A stretch of 64,000 nt of DNA, taken from the NCBI GenBank assembly GCA_004212155.1, contig RXIG01000001.1, positions 32,001-96,000 on the forward strand, given 5' to 3'. The position numbers and the translations under genes are program-made. The DNA is from an archaeon. Lineage in GTDB: Archaea; Methanobacteriota_B; Thermococci; Methanofastidiosales; NM3. Position 1 is the first letter of the stretch, and the number at the start of each line of letters is the position of its first letter. Under the pieces are notes generated by a model. It was not told the DNA's origin and made no database searches. It saw only the letters and a list, made by a program, of their open reading frames with translations. Positions 17,408 to 27,505 of the stretch are shown in pieces.

Positions 17408-18025
17408 TCACTGCTGAGAGTTCACGTATTGTTCAAATGTCATTTCCTTGTACGAACCAGTGGACACATATTCGAGCATCAGTCTGAACTCGTACGGGGG
17501 TTTGTACCCCGGCACCACGTCATACCCGGGCACTACCTTGATCAACGAACCATCGGGCGAAAGGAAAACGGAGCTTGGCGTGCCCGGGACCCGATACTTG
17601 CTTTCGATGTATAGTCCTGTGATCTCCGGATTCTCATCAGATATCGGGTCTGATGACCATATGTTCACAGACACCGATTCGAAGTGCTCCCCGAGATAGG
17701 TTGTCACATCCTCGTCCATGAACGTGTCGCTTTGCATGAGGTCACAGTAGGGGCAGTTGCGCCTCCATAAGTAGATGTAGACGTATGTGTCGTTCTCTTG
17801 TGCCGCTCTGAGGGCGTCATCGTACGATTGCCACCCGATAGGCGACACCGGTGCTGCAGTCGTTGTCGGCGCCTGCGTCGTTGGGGGCGACGTGGTAGTG
17901 GGGGACTGCGTCGTTGGCGCCGCGGTTGTCGTTGGAGGGGGCGTCGTGGTGGACGTATCGTCTCCACCGACACATCCCGCGAGTAGCACCATCACTAGTA
18001 GGATCAATAATGCCTTGTATCGCAT
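17408..18025 (-). CDS. SoxW-like thioredoxin-fold lipoprotein with Thr/Pro-rich linker
   Basis: Lipobox LLAGC, TTTPPPTTT linker, IGWQSYDDAL, CPYC, VPGTPS. Confidence 0.85.
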   Translation of the reverse strand: MRYKALLILLVMVLLAGCVGGDDTSTTTPPPTTTAAPTTQSPTTTSPPTTQAPTTTAAPVSPIGWQSYDDALRAAQENDTYVYIYLWRRNCPYCDLMQSDTFMDEDVTTYLGEHFESVSVNIWSSDPISDENPEITGLYIESKYRVPGTPSSVFLSPDGSLIKVVPGYDVVPGYKPPYEFRLMLEYVSTGSYKEMTFEQYVNSQQ

Positions 18026-18042
18026 GGGAACACCGTGGAGCA

Positions 18043-18954
18043 TCAGTGGCGCTTCAGGTACCGAGCCACGTTGAGCGCCGCCTTGCATCCGTCGCCTACG
18101 GCAGTGGTCACCTGTTTGTACTTTTCGTTCGTGACATCACCGACTGCATAGACTCCCTTGATCGATGTCTCCTGCTTGTCGTTCACTCGAATATAGCCGC
18201 TCTTTGTAAGGTCGATGCCGGTCCCTGCAAGGAACTCCGTGTTCGGTTTCTTGCCTATGTTCACAAAGATCCCATCGGCCTCCAACACTTGTTCGGAGCC
18301 ACCATCGCCGTTGTATTCGATGACCACTCTTTCGAGCTTGTCGGATCCCTCGAGGCGCTTTACCTCCGCACTGGTAATGACCTCGACAGAACTGTCAAAA
18401 ATCTTGTCGAGATAGATGTCTTCCTTCGCCTCGAGCTCGTCCGTCGGTGTGACGAGCACGACGCTCTCGGCGATCTCCTCAAGGTAAAGTGCGGCGGTGA
18501 TACCAGGGATGCCCTTGCCCGCGACGACCGTCTTCTTGCCCCTGTAGAGCGGGCCGTCGCATGTCGTGCAGTACACGACGCCACGACCCTGGAATGTGTC
18601 CTCTCCTTCCACCTCGAGCTTCTTGTGGGTCAGTCCAAGTGAGAGTATGATGGTCTTGGCATCTACCTGTTCATCGCCCATATCGATCTTCATCGAATCG
18701 AAGTCGACGCTTTTTACCGTTGCGTATTTGATATCGACATCCGTTCTTTGCACCTGCTCGGCGATCCTCTGGGCAAGCTCCATGCCCTTGATGCCGTCGG
18801 GGAATCCCGGATAGTTCTCAATGACGCTCGCATACGCCATATACCCTCCGAGCATCTCCTTTTCTATGAGCAGTGTCTTGAGATTGGAACGGACGCAGTA
18901 GAGGGCGGCGGTCATCCCTCCCGGTCCACCGCCTATGATCACAACATCGTACAT
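18043..18954 (-). CDS. trxB: Thioredoxin reductase-like flavoprotein (CTTC)
   Basis: YDVVIIGGGPGG, IENYPG, GRGVVYCTTCDG, GVYAVGD; HRR motif absent. Confidence 0.88.
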   Translation of the reverse strand: MYDVVIIGGGPGGMTAALYCVRSNLKTLLIEKEMLGGYMAYASVIENYPGFPDGIKGMELAQRIAEQVQRTDVDIKYATVKSVDFDSMKIDMGDEQVDAKTIILSLGLTHKKLEVEGEDTFQGRGVVYCTTCDGPLYRGKKTVVAGKGIPGITAALYLEEIAESVVLVTPTDELEAKEDIYLDKIFDSSVEVITSAEVKRLEGSDKLERVVIEYNGDGGSEQVLEADGIFVNIGKKPNTEFLAGTGIDLTKSGYIRVNDKQETSIKGVYAVGDVTNEKYKQVTTAVGDGCKAALNVARYLKRH

Positions 18955-19023
18955 ATATCAAGTTCTTTGGAGGATGTTAAAAAAGATTTTGGAAAGGTGT
19001 GCCACATCAATTCATGCCTATTA

Positions 19024-21849
19024 TCACTCTATGTATATGGCCACCCTTCCCGGTTGGGCATGCTCCCTTTTGCTCTCGGGATCGTAGTCGGAGTCGATGG
19101 TCACGGGTGCTCCGACCTCCGTCTCGATGAACTGTTTGGCTTCGTTGAGGATGCCACATTCGTCGATGTCGTGGGCCGCTGACTTGTGTTTCATGACCGA
19201 CGCGAGGAACTTGGAGACCTTCTTGCCGTGCTTGCGCATGTCCTCGTCTTGCATGAGGCGCGCCATGGCACTTTTCATGTCGCCCTCTTCCTGGGCGACC
19301 CTCGCCGCTTCCCACTTCCACTGGGGGCTCGTGTAGATGTAGACGTTGCTTGGCTGTTCTATCTTTGCCACACGTATGATCTCCTTGATGTCATCGATGA
19401 CGCTTTTCAGGAATTCCTCGGCATATATCATCGTCTCGTCAGGTGCCTTCCACGGGGAGGTCCACTCGGAGACCGAGATGAATCCATCCATGCCGATTGC
19501 TTCCCAGATCTCCTCTGCGACATGGGGGCAAAAGAGCGAGAGTATTTGCGTCTGCACCTCTATGAAGCGGTCCATGAGCTCGCAGTGGTGGTCTGCCGTT
19601 CGGCGCTGATACCACTTCAGCGCGCGGTGGAGGTCGAAGTAACCGCGCTGTATGGCGCTGCGATACATCATGCCCTCGAGCGCCTCTTCCACGTCCTTCA
19701 TGATCGATAGCATCACCGTCTCGAACCAGAGGTCGATAAACTGCATCTCCCCTCGTCTTCCCGTGCCGTACATCGTCGTAGCGAAATGATACCACGACGA
19801 GAGCTTCTCACCCATCGTCTCGACGAAGCTGGTCTCCCAGTTGGGGTCGTCGACGCCTTCGCCGCTGTACATAAGCCCGATGCGCACGACGTCGGTGCCG
19901 TATCTCTCGCACACGTCGCAGGAGGTGTAGACGTTGCCCTTTGAGGAGCTCATCTTCTCCTTGTCGATCATGAGCCACCCGTTGACGCCCATGGCGCGCG
20001 GCCAGTGATGAGGCGGAAAGATGGCGGTATGATTGAAGAGGCAGAACGTAAGGTGGTTTTGGATAAGGTCCTTGCCCGATGTCCTCAGGTCAAACGGATA
20101 CCAGTAGTTGAACTCATCCCGCAGTCCCTCGACGAACGAGGCGTCCTTTTTAATACGTGAAGCGACGTCCTTGGCAGAGCCTATGCCAAGGAATACGTAG
20201 TCGAAGAACGCATCGTCCACGTCAGCAGGATCGATCTCATCGATCTTATGCGCTATGGTATAGTATGCCATGTATATGGTCGAGTCCGAGAGTGATTCTA
20301 TCATCCATTCCTCGTCCCAGGGAAGCGTCGTGCCAAGGCCAACCTTCCTGGTGCATGCCCAGTTGTTGAGCCAGTCGATGACATATTCGAACTGCTTGCG
20401 TATGAGGGGAGGGTAGAGTTCCATCCTGTCGAGAGCCTGATGCGTTTTCTCCTTCCATTCAGGGTCCCCATACGCGAGGAAGTATTGGTCCCTGACTATC
20501 TTGACCGTACAGGGCGAGAGGCATCTGCAGACGACCTCGCCCGACGGTTCGTACATCTTGTCCGCCCTGCCCTGGTCGATAAGCATTTGCTTGATCGCCT
20601 CCTTGGCATCCTCGACGCTCATGCCGGCGTACTCCCCGCAATTGTCGTTCATGACGCCCGTGTAGAATCCTGATTTGTATATTTCCTTCTTGGCCTTGGT
20701 GAGCTTCTCGCGATCGAGTTGCGACTCGATGCCCATCTTCTCGCATATCTCCTTGGCGGGCAGAGGCCCCCATCCCTTCGAACGGATGATCGCTATTGGT
20801 TCGATGGAAGCTATGTCCTCATGGCTCAGTCCGTATTTTTCCAGTTCCTCAGGATCGTTTTGGAGATCGTGCAGCCCTATCCAGTCGTCAGGCGCGTCGG
20901 AGGGGACACTCGTCACGATCCCCGTGCCCTTGCAGGGGTCGCAGAATGCCGATGGAAGGATGATGATGTTCTTTTCGATGGCAGGGGCGCGCGCAGTATG
21001 TCCGATGAGTTCGCGTCCTTTGACGGACCCTATCACCTCGACATCCTTTTCCTGGTCTGAGAGCTTCTCTGCGCATTCCCTGGAAATGATCCATTCCTCC
21101 CCGCCGACACGTGCGCGCACGTATTCGTAGTCCGGATCGACCCAGATATTCGTCTGGCCGTATACCGTTTCGGGCCGGAGCGTGGCAGCGATGATATACC
21201 CATCACCGAAGGCGAACTTGAGGAGCGTGAACTCCTGCGGCGTCTCACCTTCCCCCTCCAGGCGGCTGTGGTCGCTCACCGCATTCTGGCACTCCTTGCA
21301 CCATATGACCGGGTGGGCCCCTTTGATCACGAAGTTGCCCTCCTTTAGCTTCCTGAACTGCCACTTTATGAATGCATCATAGTGGGGATTGAGAGATGTG
21401 GTGATAAACGAGCGGCGCCAGTCTATGGACATGCCCATGGACTTGAGGTGTTCGGTGGTCTTTTCAGGAAAGTATTGGGTCCAGAACTCCGGGTCTGCGA
21501 ACCGGGGTATAAGCTCGTCTTCAACGCCCATGTTGCGCAGGATGGCGATCTGCTTTTGTTCACCGTTTGCTATCCTGCGTGCAGCGTTGACGATGGGGCT
21601 GCCAGTGCAGTGGAACGCGAAGGGGAAGAGCACGTTGTAACCCTTCATGCGCTTGTAGCGTGCAAGGACCTCCCCTCGAAGGTAGGTGAAGAGGCGTCCT
21701 ATATGAAGAAATCCGTTCATGTACGGATACGGGATGTTGAGAAAGAACTTTTCCCTTTCGTCCGGGGTTGCATCAAATACGTGCTCTTTTTCCCATTTTT
21801 CCTGCCATTTTTTCTCAATACGTTCAAAATCAAGTGGTTCTACGCTCAT
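19024..21849 (-). CDS. leuS: Leucyl-tRNA synthetase, archaeal type
   Basis: PYPYMNGFLHIGR, ATLRPET, GTGIVTSVPSDAPDD, ESLSDSTIYMAYY, SGKDLIQNHL, KMSSSKGN. Confidence 0.96.
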   Translation of the reverse strand: MSVEPLDFERIEKKWQEKWEKEHVFDATPDEREKFFLNIPYPYMNGFLHIGRLFTYLRGEVLARYKRMKGYNVLFPFAFHCTGSPIVNAARRIANGEQKQIAILRNMGVEDELIPRFADPEFWTQYFPEKTTEHLKSMGMSIDWRRSFITTSLNPHYDAFIKWQFRKLKEGNFVIKGAHPVIWCKECQNAVSDHSRLEGEGETPQEFTLLKFAFGDGYIIAATLRPETVYGQTNIWVDPDYEYVRARVGGEEWIISRECAEKLSDQEKDVEVIGSVKGRELIGHTARAPAIEKNIIILPSAFCDPCKGTGIVTSVPSDAPDDWIGLHDLQNDPEELEKYGLSHEDIASIEPIAIIRSKGWGPLPAKEICEKMGIESQLDREKLTKAKKEIYKSGFYTGVMNDNCGEYAGMSVEDAKEAIKQMLIDQGRADKMYEPSGEVVCRCLSPCTVKIVRDQYFLAYGDPEWKEKTHQALDRMELYPPLIRKQFEYVIDWLNNWACTRKVGLGTTLPWDEEWMIESLSDSTIYMAYYTIAHKIDEIDPADVDDAFFDYVFLGIGSAKDVASRIKKDASFVEGLRDEFNYWYPFDLRTSGKDLIQNHLTFCLFNHTAIFPPHHWPRAMGVNGWLMIDKEKMSSSKGNVYTSCDVCERYGTDVVRIGLMYSGEGVDDPNWETSFVETMGEKLSSWYHFATTMYGTGRRGEMQFIDLWFETVMLSIMKDVEEALEGMMYRSAIQRGYFDLHRALKWYQRRTADHHCELMDRFIEVQTQILSLFCPHVAEEIWEAIGMDGFISVSEWTSPWKAPDETMIYAEEFLKSVIDDIKEIIRVAKIEQPSNVYIYTSPQWKWEAARVAQEEGDMKSAMARLMQDEDMRKHGKKVSKFLASVMKHKSAAHDIDECGILNEAKQFIETEVGAPVTIDSDYDPESKREHAQPGRVAIYIE

Positions 21850-22115
21850 TTAACCCCACCATTTACAAGGAATAGAATATAGAATAGACGGTACTATAAG
21901 AAGATTGCTATCGTCGTGCCAAAAAGCATTCACCAGCATTGCTACTCGAACACATTGTACCAAGAAAATGGGGCTGTGTGTTTTATATATACTTTTCGGT
22001 TTTTTTGCGGGTGTGTTCGGAACGATGGGGCATCATATCAGCCCCATATAGCCCTATTTCACTATGGTCGTTGGCACGACATTATTTTTATACTACCCAC
22101 ATTCAATATCATACG

Positions 22116-22709
22116 ATGGAATCTCTGAATCGTTGTTGGGATACGGACAATCAGTTCTATATCAACTACCATGATAACGAGTGGGGCGTACCCACCACTG
22201 ATGACCGCACGTTGTTCGAGTTCCTCATACTTGAGGGGGCCCAGGCAGGACTCAGTTGGGAAACGATTCTCAACAAGCGCGAGGCCTACCGTGCAGCGTA
22301 CAAGGGATTCGACCCAAAGACGGTCGCTTCGTTTGGTGATGAAGACGTATCGCGCCTGCTAGCAGACAGCGGCATAGTCCGCAACCGCAGGAAGATTGCC
22401 TCGTCGATCCGCAATGCACGTTGTTTCCTTGACATACAAGAAGAGTTCGGATCGTTCTCGAAGTTCATATGGCAGTTCGTCGGAGGCAACCCCATCAATC
22501 ACGCGTGTTCGAGCATCGAGGGGGTGCCCGTGTTCACACCTGAGGCGGAGCGCATGAGCGCAGAACTCAAGCGCAGGGGATTCTCGTTTGTCGGCCCCAC
22601 CATATGCTACTCTTTCATGCAAGCAGTCGGCATGGTAAACGATCATCTGACGTATTGTTTCAGATACAATGAAATACGTACGCAATTTCATGACTTCAAA
22701 GCATTTTGA
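22116..22709 (+). CDS. tag: DNA-3-methyladenine glycosylase I
   Basis: RCW...YHDNEWG, LEGAQAGLSW, IVRNRRKI, FVGPTICYSFMQAVGMVNDH..C. Confidence 0.93.
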   Translation: MESLNRCWDTDNQFYINYHDNEWGVPTTDDRTLFEFLILEGAQAGLSWETILNKREAYRAAYKGFDPKTVASFGDEDVSRLLADSGIVRNRRKIASSIRNARCFLDIQEEFGSFSKFIWQFVGGNPINHACSSIEGVPVFTPEAERMSAELKRRGFSFVGPTICYSFMQAVGMVNDHLTYCFRYNEIRTQFHDFKAF

Positions 22710-22764
22710 AGCATCTCAAAACGTTTAATAACCCTTTGCTGCAAAGCCCCTAACGGTGATATAC

Positions 22765-23634
22765 ATGCAAAAACAGCATTACATAGGAGTTGGTCTTGTT
22801 TGCATCGTCCTCATCGGAGTCGTAGGATTCTGGATGACGAGTGGCGACGAGAACAAGACCCTGCAATTCTCTTTCGACTTCTCAGAGGACGACGCAGGAT
22901 GGGAACATCTGTTTGTCGACTACCCGGTAGGGGAAGAAGAGGACTATGAGCTCGAAGGAGGGCGCATGCTCCTCCCCGACACGTTAGGGCACGAATATGG
23001 ATACTACCTTTCGGGAGAGAACCACAGCGACGATCTCTCGATGTTGATCAAACGTTCGTTTGGGCCCGAGGACGGCCTCGATCCCAACACGACGTATCGC
23101 GTAAAGTTCTTCATTGAGATCGCCTCCAACGCGCCCTCTGGATGCGTTGGCGTCGGCGGTGCTCCCGGTGAGAGCGTATACTTCAAGGCAGGAGCGGCGG
23201 TAGCGGAGCCAACGGCCATCGTTGAGGGTGCGGGCGGCAATGAATACTATCGCTTGAGCATTGACAAGGGCAATCAGGCATCTGGCGGCAACGACTCCGT
23301 CGTGCTTGGTCACATCGGCACATCGAACAACGACTGTCATAATTGGGAGTTCCTCTTCAAGACGTTCCAGAGCACCGAGGGAGATTCTGATGCAACAAGC
23401 GACCAGAACATGTCCCCGGATGAGGCAGACGACATGACCAAGGAAACGCTTGACGGCTCTGTCAACGGAAGCGACGATTCCAATCTCCCACCACAGAACC
23501 CATCCACCATCATGGAGGTCACGACCGATGACTCGGGCCAGCTGTGGATCTTCATGGGGACCGACTCAGGATTCGAGGCGACAAGCAGCATCTACATCAA
23601 CGAGATACAGATCACCTTCGAACCTGTTGAGTGA
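22765..23634 (+). CDS. Membrane-anchored/secreted hypothetical protein with acidic low-complexity insert
   Basis: N-terminal TM; FDFSEDDAGW..FVDYP, NHSDDL, GGAPGESVYFKAGA, GTDSGFEA; GGTGA SD. Confidence 0.75.
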   Translation: MQKQHYIGVGLVCIVLIGVVGFWMTSGDENKTLQFSFDFSEDDAGWEHLFVDYPVGEEEDYELEGGRMLLPDTLGHEYGYYLSGENHSDDLSMLIKRSFGPEDGLDPNTTYRVKFFIEIASNAPSGCVGVGGAPGESVYFKAGAAVAEPTAIVEGAGGNEYYRLSIDKGNQASGGNDSVVLGHIGTSNNDCHNWEFLFKTFQSTEGDSDATSDQNMSPDEADDMTKETLDGSVNGSDDSNLPPQNPSTIMEVTTDDSGQLWIFMGTDSGFEATSSIYINEIQITFEPVE

Positions 23635-23692
23635 AATTACTTACTTCGTTTCAGCGCACATCTTTTTATAGTGCGCTTTCTATCCTTTTTTG

Positions 23693-24757
23693 ATGAAGAT
23701 CATAACTGTCGGCGCAGGCCCATCCGGGCTCTACGTTTCACAGCTGCTTTCAAGACGGGGTCACGAGGTGCTCGTGATCGAGGAACACGACACAATTGGT
23801 GAACCGGTGCAATGCGCTGGGCTCGTCAGCAGCACGTTCGCCGACACGTATGGGTCATCGTCCGTGCTCAATGTCATCGATGGGGCACATGTGCACTGTT
23901 GCAATGTCTCGTTTGACCTGGTGCGACCGGGCGTGGCGAGCGTCCTTGACAGGGCAGCCTTCGATGCCTCATTTTCCGACGGCATCGACATCGAACGCGG
24001 CAACAGGGCAGATGAGATACGGGTAGCGAGGGGATCGTACCTCGTGTCAACGCCGGCGGCGACCCACGAGGCGGATATCGTTATCGGGGCTGACGGACCT
24101 TCATCCTTCGTGCGGCGCACCTTGGGATTCCCATCCGAGATATCGTTTTACGGTGCATGTCAGCAACGAGTTCGTGTCAAAGGCGACGTGGACGATACTA
24201 TGGTCACGGTGGACCTCAAGCGTCCTTTCTTCTCATGGGCCATCCCCGAGGGGGACGGTGTCGTTCGCATCGGCACCGTCGGCACCGTGTCGTCCCTCGA
24301 ACGATTCAAGACTCGGTTTGGATTTGAGGGTTCCATCCTCGGCCGCACAGGGGGCATCATCCCCGTGGGAACGTGTTCGCTCATCCGCGGGGGTGCGTTT
24401 CTCCTGGGCGACGCTGCCGCGCAGACAAAGCCGCTCACTGGTGGTGGCCTTTCGTTCGGGCTGCGCGCCGCAGAGCTCCTTGCAGAGGCCATCGATCAGG
24501 GGGATCCGTGCCGTTACCACCACCGATGGAACGCCGAGTTCGGCAGGGAGATGTCGTTTGGTCGTTCGATACGGAAGATGTATGAGAACATGTCGGAACG
24601 CGACCTTGTCAAGGTCATGTCGATACTAGCCGAGAAGCGGGAGCGATTGGAACAGGAAGCGGACTTCGACATGCATGCCACGATTGCACGCATCCTCTTC
24701 TCGACACCACGGTTCTATCCCGTATTCGGAAAGGCGATGGCCACGCTCGTGGGTTAG
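23693..24757 (+). CDS. Geranylgeranyl reductase family FAD-dependent oxidoreductase
   Basis: VGAGPSG, PVQCAGLVS, IGADG, FSWAIP, GDAAAQTKPLTGGG. Confidence 0.85.
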   Translation: MKIITVGAGPSGLYVSQLLSRRGHEVLVIEEHDTIGEPVQCAGLVSSTFADTYGSSSVLNVIDGAHVHCCNVSFDLVRPGVASVLDRAAFDASFSDGIDIERGNRADEIRVARGSYLVSTPAATHEADIVIGADGPSSFVRRTLGFPSEISFYGACQQRVRVKGDVDDTMVTVDLKRPFFSWAIPEGDGVVRIGTVGTVSSLERFKTRFGFEGSILGRTGGIIPVGTCSLIRGGAFLLGDAAAQTKPLTGGGLSFGLRAAELLAEAIDQGDPCRYHHRWNAEFGREMSFGRSIRKMYENMSERDLVKVMSILAEKRERLEQEADFDMHATIARILFSTPRFYPVFGKAMATLVG

Positions 24758-26094
24758 AACTGGAAAAGCGACGTTTGCGAGTCCTTATCGTTTTTCGTGG
24801 ACTGCTTTTTTTGTGTTTGCTTCGTCGTTTGCTTACCTTCATCGTCACTCTTCACACGCTTGCTCTGTTTCTTTTTCGTCTCCTCTTCCCTTTTCATCAG
24901 TGTGACGATGGCCTTTGCGTTGTCGGGGCAGAGCACCTCGATCTCCTCGGGCTCGAGGTCGAAGTACCGCGCGACCGCGCGACCCTGCTCGGGATCCCTA
25001 CATGCATTGAGTATGAGCGTGTGATACTGGCGTGCGTCATAGCGTGACGTATGTGTCTTCCTTCCTACCTTCATCCACGCTTCCTTGAGCTTCTTGCGCT
25101 TCGCCTTGGTCCTCCCAAGGTGTTTGAAGTAGCTTGGCGCCTCGTAGCGCGTGAACGAGGCATGGTACCGGTGGCATATCGAGACCCCTCCTATCATGAG
25201 GTCTGTTGCATATGCCCAGAATCGGTAATACTGTCTGCGCTGCACCCGTCCGAGGAAGACGTCGGCGCGGGAGAGGTAGTTGTATGCGCAGGGCACGTCG
25301 CGGGGATCGTAGATCTTTGGCATGTTCTCGTCGATCCAGAACATGATCTCCTCGGGAGGTTTGTCAACATCGTAGAACGTCTTCCTGCACTCGGTGCTCT
25401 TTGACTTGAAGACGGCAGTAAGCCCTTCGAATATCGAGCGCTCGCTATCGCGCGGCTTGAGTCGTTTGACGTCATCGCCTCGCACAGTGTCGCCGAGTGA
25501 CTCGAGGTCGTTGATCGCCGCGCGCATGTCGCCTCCCGCCTGTCCGGCCAGCTGCTCAAGCGTGTCGTCGTCGACATCGATGCCTTCGGCATCGGCGATC
25601 TCCCTGAGCCTGTTTCGGATGCTCGCGGGGCGCAGCGTGTTGAACCGGATGGTATCGACCCTCCTTCGTATCGAATCGGGGAGCTTGTAGGGGTCGTTCG
25701 CAATGAGGATGATGGGGTTGTTCGTGTCATCGAGTATGCTGGCAAGAGCCTTCGTTCCGCCCATGTCGGACCTACCACCGATGTTGTCTGCCTCATCGAT
25801 GAGGATGAGCTTGCGACCCTGGAAGAGCGCAGAGGATCGCGCAGCGTTCCCGACCACCTTGTTGATGGCATCGGCATTACGCACGTCCGAGGTGTTGAGC
25901 TCGATGAGGTCATAGTTCATCTCAGACTTCACGACGTAGACGGCCGCCGTCTTTCCCGAACCCGGTGGCCCGTGTATGAGCAGCGCCCTGTTGTCTCCAG
26001 GCCACGTGTTGAGCCATGCGATGACTTCCTTCAATGGTTTGTTCTGGCCATGGATCTCCTTGAATCGCCGTGGCTTGTACGCTTCGTTGAACAT
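24754..26094 (-). CDS. rfcL: Replication factor C large subunit
   Basis: YKP, GPPGSGKT, ELNTSDVR, DEAD, GDMRAAINDL, WIDEN. Confidence 0.94.
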   Translation of the reverse strand: MFNEAYKPRRFKEIHGQNKPLKEVIAWLNTWPGDNRALLIHGPPGSGKTAAVYVVKSEMNYDLIELNTSDVRNADAINKVVGNAARSSALFQGRKLILIDEADNIGGRSDMGGTKALASILDDTNNPIILIANDPYKLPDSIRRRVDTIRFNTLRPASIRNRLREIADAEGIDVDDDTLEQLAGQAGGDMRAAINDLESLGDTVRGDDVKRLKPRDSERSIFEGLTAVFKSKSTECRKTFYDVDKPPEEIMFWIDENMPKIYDPRDVPCAYNYLSRADVFLGRVQRRQYYRFWAYATDLMIGGVSICHRYHASFTRYEAPSYFKHLGRTKAKRKKLKEAWMKVGRKTHTSRYDARQYHTLILNACRDPEQGRAVARYFDLEPEEIEVLCPDNAKAIVTLMKREEETKKKQSKRVKSDDEGKQTTKQTQKKQSTKNDKDSQTSLFQF

Positions 26095-26099
26095 GTCAG

Positions 26100-27056
26100 C
26101 TACCTGCTGGCCTTTGCTATACGCGCGAGGAGCGCTTCTAACTGTATGCGCTCGTTGGCACCCTCGACGAGCCTGAACTCGTGTTCTCCTATCTTGTCCA
26201 CGAGGTCGACCTTTACCGTCTCCGAGATGTCCTCGTGATTGAGTATCTCCTTGTGCAGCTGCGTGATGATGTCATCGCCGGATAGGCCCTTCTCGATGAG
26301 CAAGGAGTCTAGCAGCTTTCTCGAAGCGAGGAAGTTGCCGCCAAGCGCTGCAGAGATCATGTCGCCTATCTCCTCGGGTTTGGCGCGCGAGGAAACCTGG
26401 TAGACAAGGTCTTCATTTACCTCCTTTCCCAGGAACGCTGCGGCCTGCAGCGTGTTTTCCGCCTTGCGCATGTCGCCGTCGGCGATGTATTTGATGGCCT
26501 CCATGCCGTCCTTGGTGATGGTGAGGTCCTCGTTGCCGATGATGCGCCTGAGCTTCTCCTCGATCGCATCGTCGTCCAAGGGCCCGAACCTGAATATGGC
26601 GCAGCGCGACTGTATCGGGGCGATGATCTTCGATGAATAGTTGCACGAGAGGATGAATCTGCACGTAGACGTGTATATCTCCATCGTTCGCCGCAGGGCG
26701 TTTTGCGCATCGGGGGTCAATGCGTCCGATTCGTCGAGGAAGATGATCTTGAAGTTCCCGCCGATCGCCATGGTGCGCGCAAAGTCCTTGATGCGTTCCC
26801 GAACGACGTTGATGCCACGTTCGTCCGAGGCGTTGGTCTCTTGGAAGTTCTGCCTCCACGACTCGCCGAACATGTCCTTTGCCAGTGCGATCGCCGATGT
26901 CGTCTTTCCCACACCCGCCGGCCCGGCAAACAGGAGATGGGGCATGTTTTGTCGCTCTACGTATGAGCGGAGGCGTTCGATGATGTATGGCCGTCCCACC
27001 ACGTCTTCCAGTGTTTGCGGACGATACTTCTCAGTCCATGGTTTCTCAAAGTTCAT
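26100..27056 (-). CDS. rfcS: Replication factor C small subunit (no intein)
   Basis: WTEKYRP, GPAGVGKT, NASDERG, ALRRTME, IQSRC. Confidence 0.96.
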   Translation of the reverse strand: MNFEKPWTEKYRPQTLEDVVGRPYIIERLRSYVERQNMPHLLFAGPAGVGKTTSAIALAKDMFGESWRQNFQETNASDERGINVVRERIKDFARTMAIGGNFKIIFLDESDALTPDAQNALRRTMEIYTSTCRFILSCNYSSKIIAPIQSRCAIFRFGPLDDDAIEEKLRRIIGNEDLTITKDGMEAIKYIADGDMRKAENTLQAAAFLGKEVNEDLVYQVSSRAKPEEIGDMISAALGGNFLASRKLLDSLLIEKGLSGDDIITQLHKEILNHEDISETVKVDLVDKIGEHEFRLVEGANERIQLEALLARIAKASR

Positions 27057-27072
27057 AACATTGCCCTCTTGA

Positions 27073-27438
27073 TCAGTGGAGTTTTCTCATGTGCGTCTCT
27101 ACCTTCCCAGGGAACGTATCATTGAGCGATGTGAGTATCTTCGATACCACCTCGTCCTCAAAGTCGTTACGTGAGACGCGCACCTTGTAGACGTACTTGA
27201 GTCCGCCGCGACCCTTCTCGATGTTCTTCTCGATGAGGTTGCGCTCGCAGAGCCTGTTCATCATGATCGAAATAGTGGAGCGGCGAATGTTCTTTTTTTC
27301 GTCCCTGAGTATGTCATAGACACCACGCGCAGTGGTGGTGCCCTCGTTCCAGAGTATTTCCATGATGTCTGTCTCAAGCGGTCCAAGTATCTTTCGATAC
27401 CCCCTTTCAAAGGGCCTGTACTCATGCCAAACAAACAC
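27073..27438 (-). CDS. BlaI/MecI/CopY family transcriptional regulator
   Basis: LGPLETDIMEILW, STISIMMNRLCERNLI, GRGGLKYVY; GTG start after AGGTGA. Confidence 0.85.
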   Translation of the reverse strand: MFVWHEYRPFERGYRKILGPLETDIMEILWNEGTTTARGVYDILRDEKKNIRRSTISIMMNRLCERNLIEKNIEKGRGGLKYVYKVRVSRNDFEDEVVSKILTSLNDTFPGKVETHMRKLH

Positions 27439-27505
27439 GACATCACCTGTAAAGTGATTTACACGCACACTTTGTTTTTCATGCTACTAATATGTTACGT
27501 AGCCA

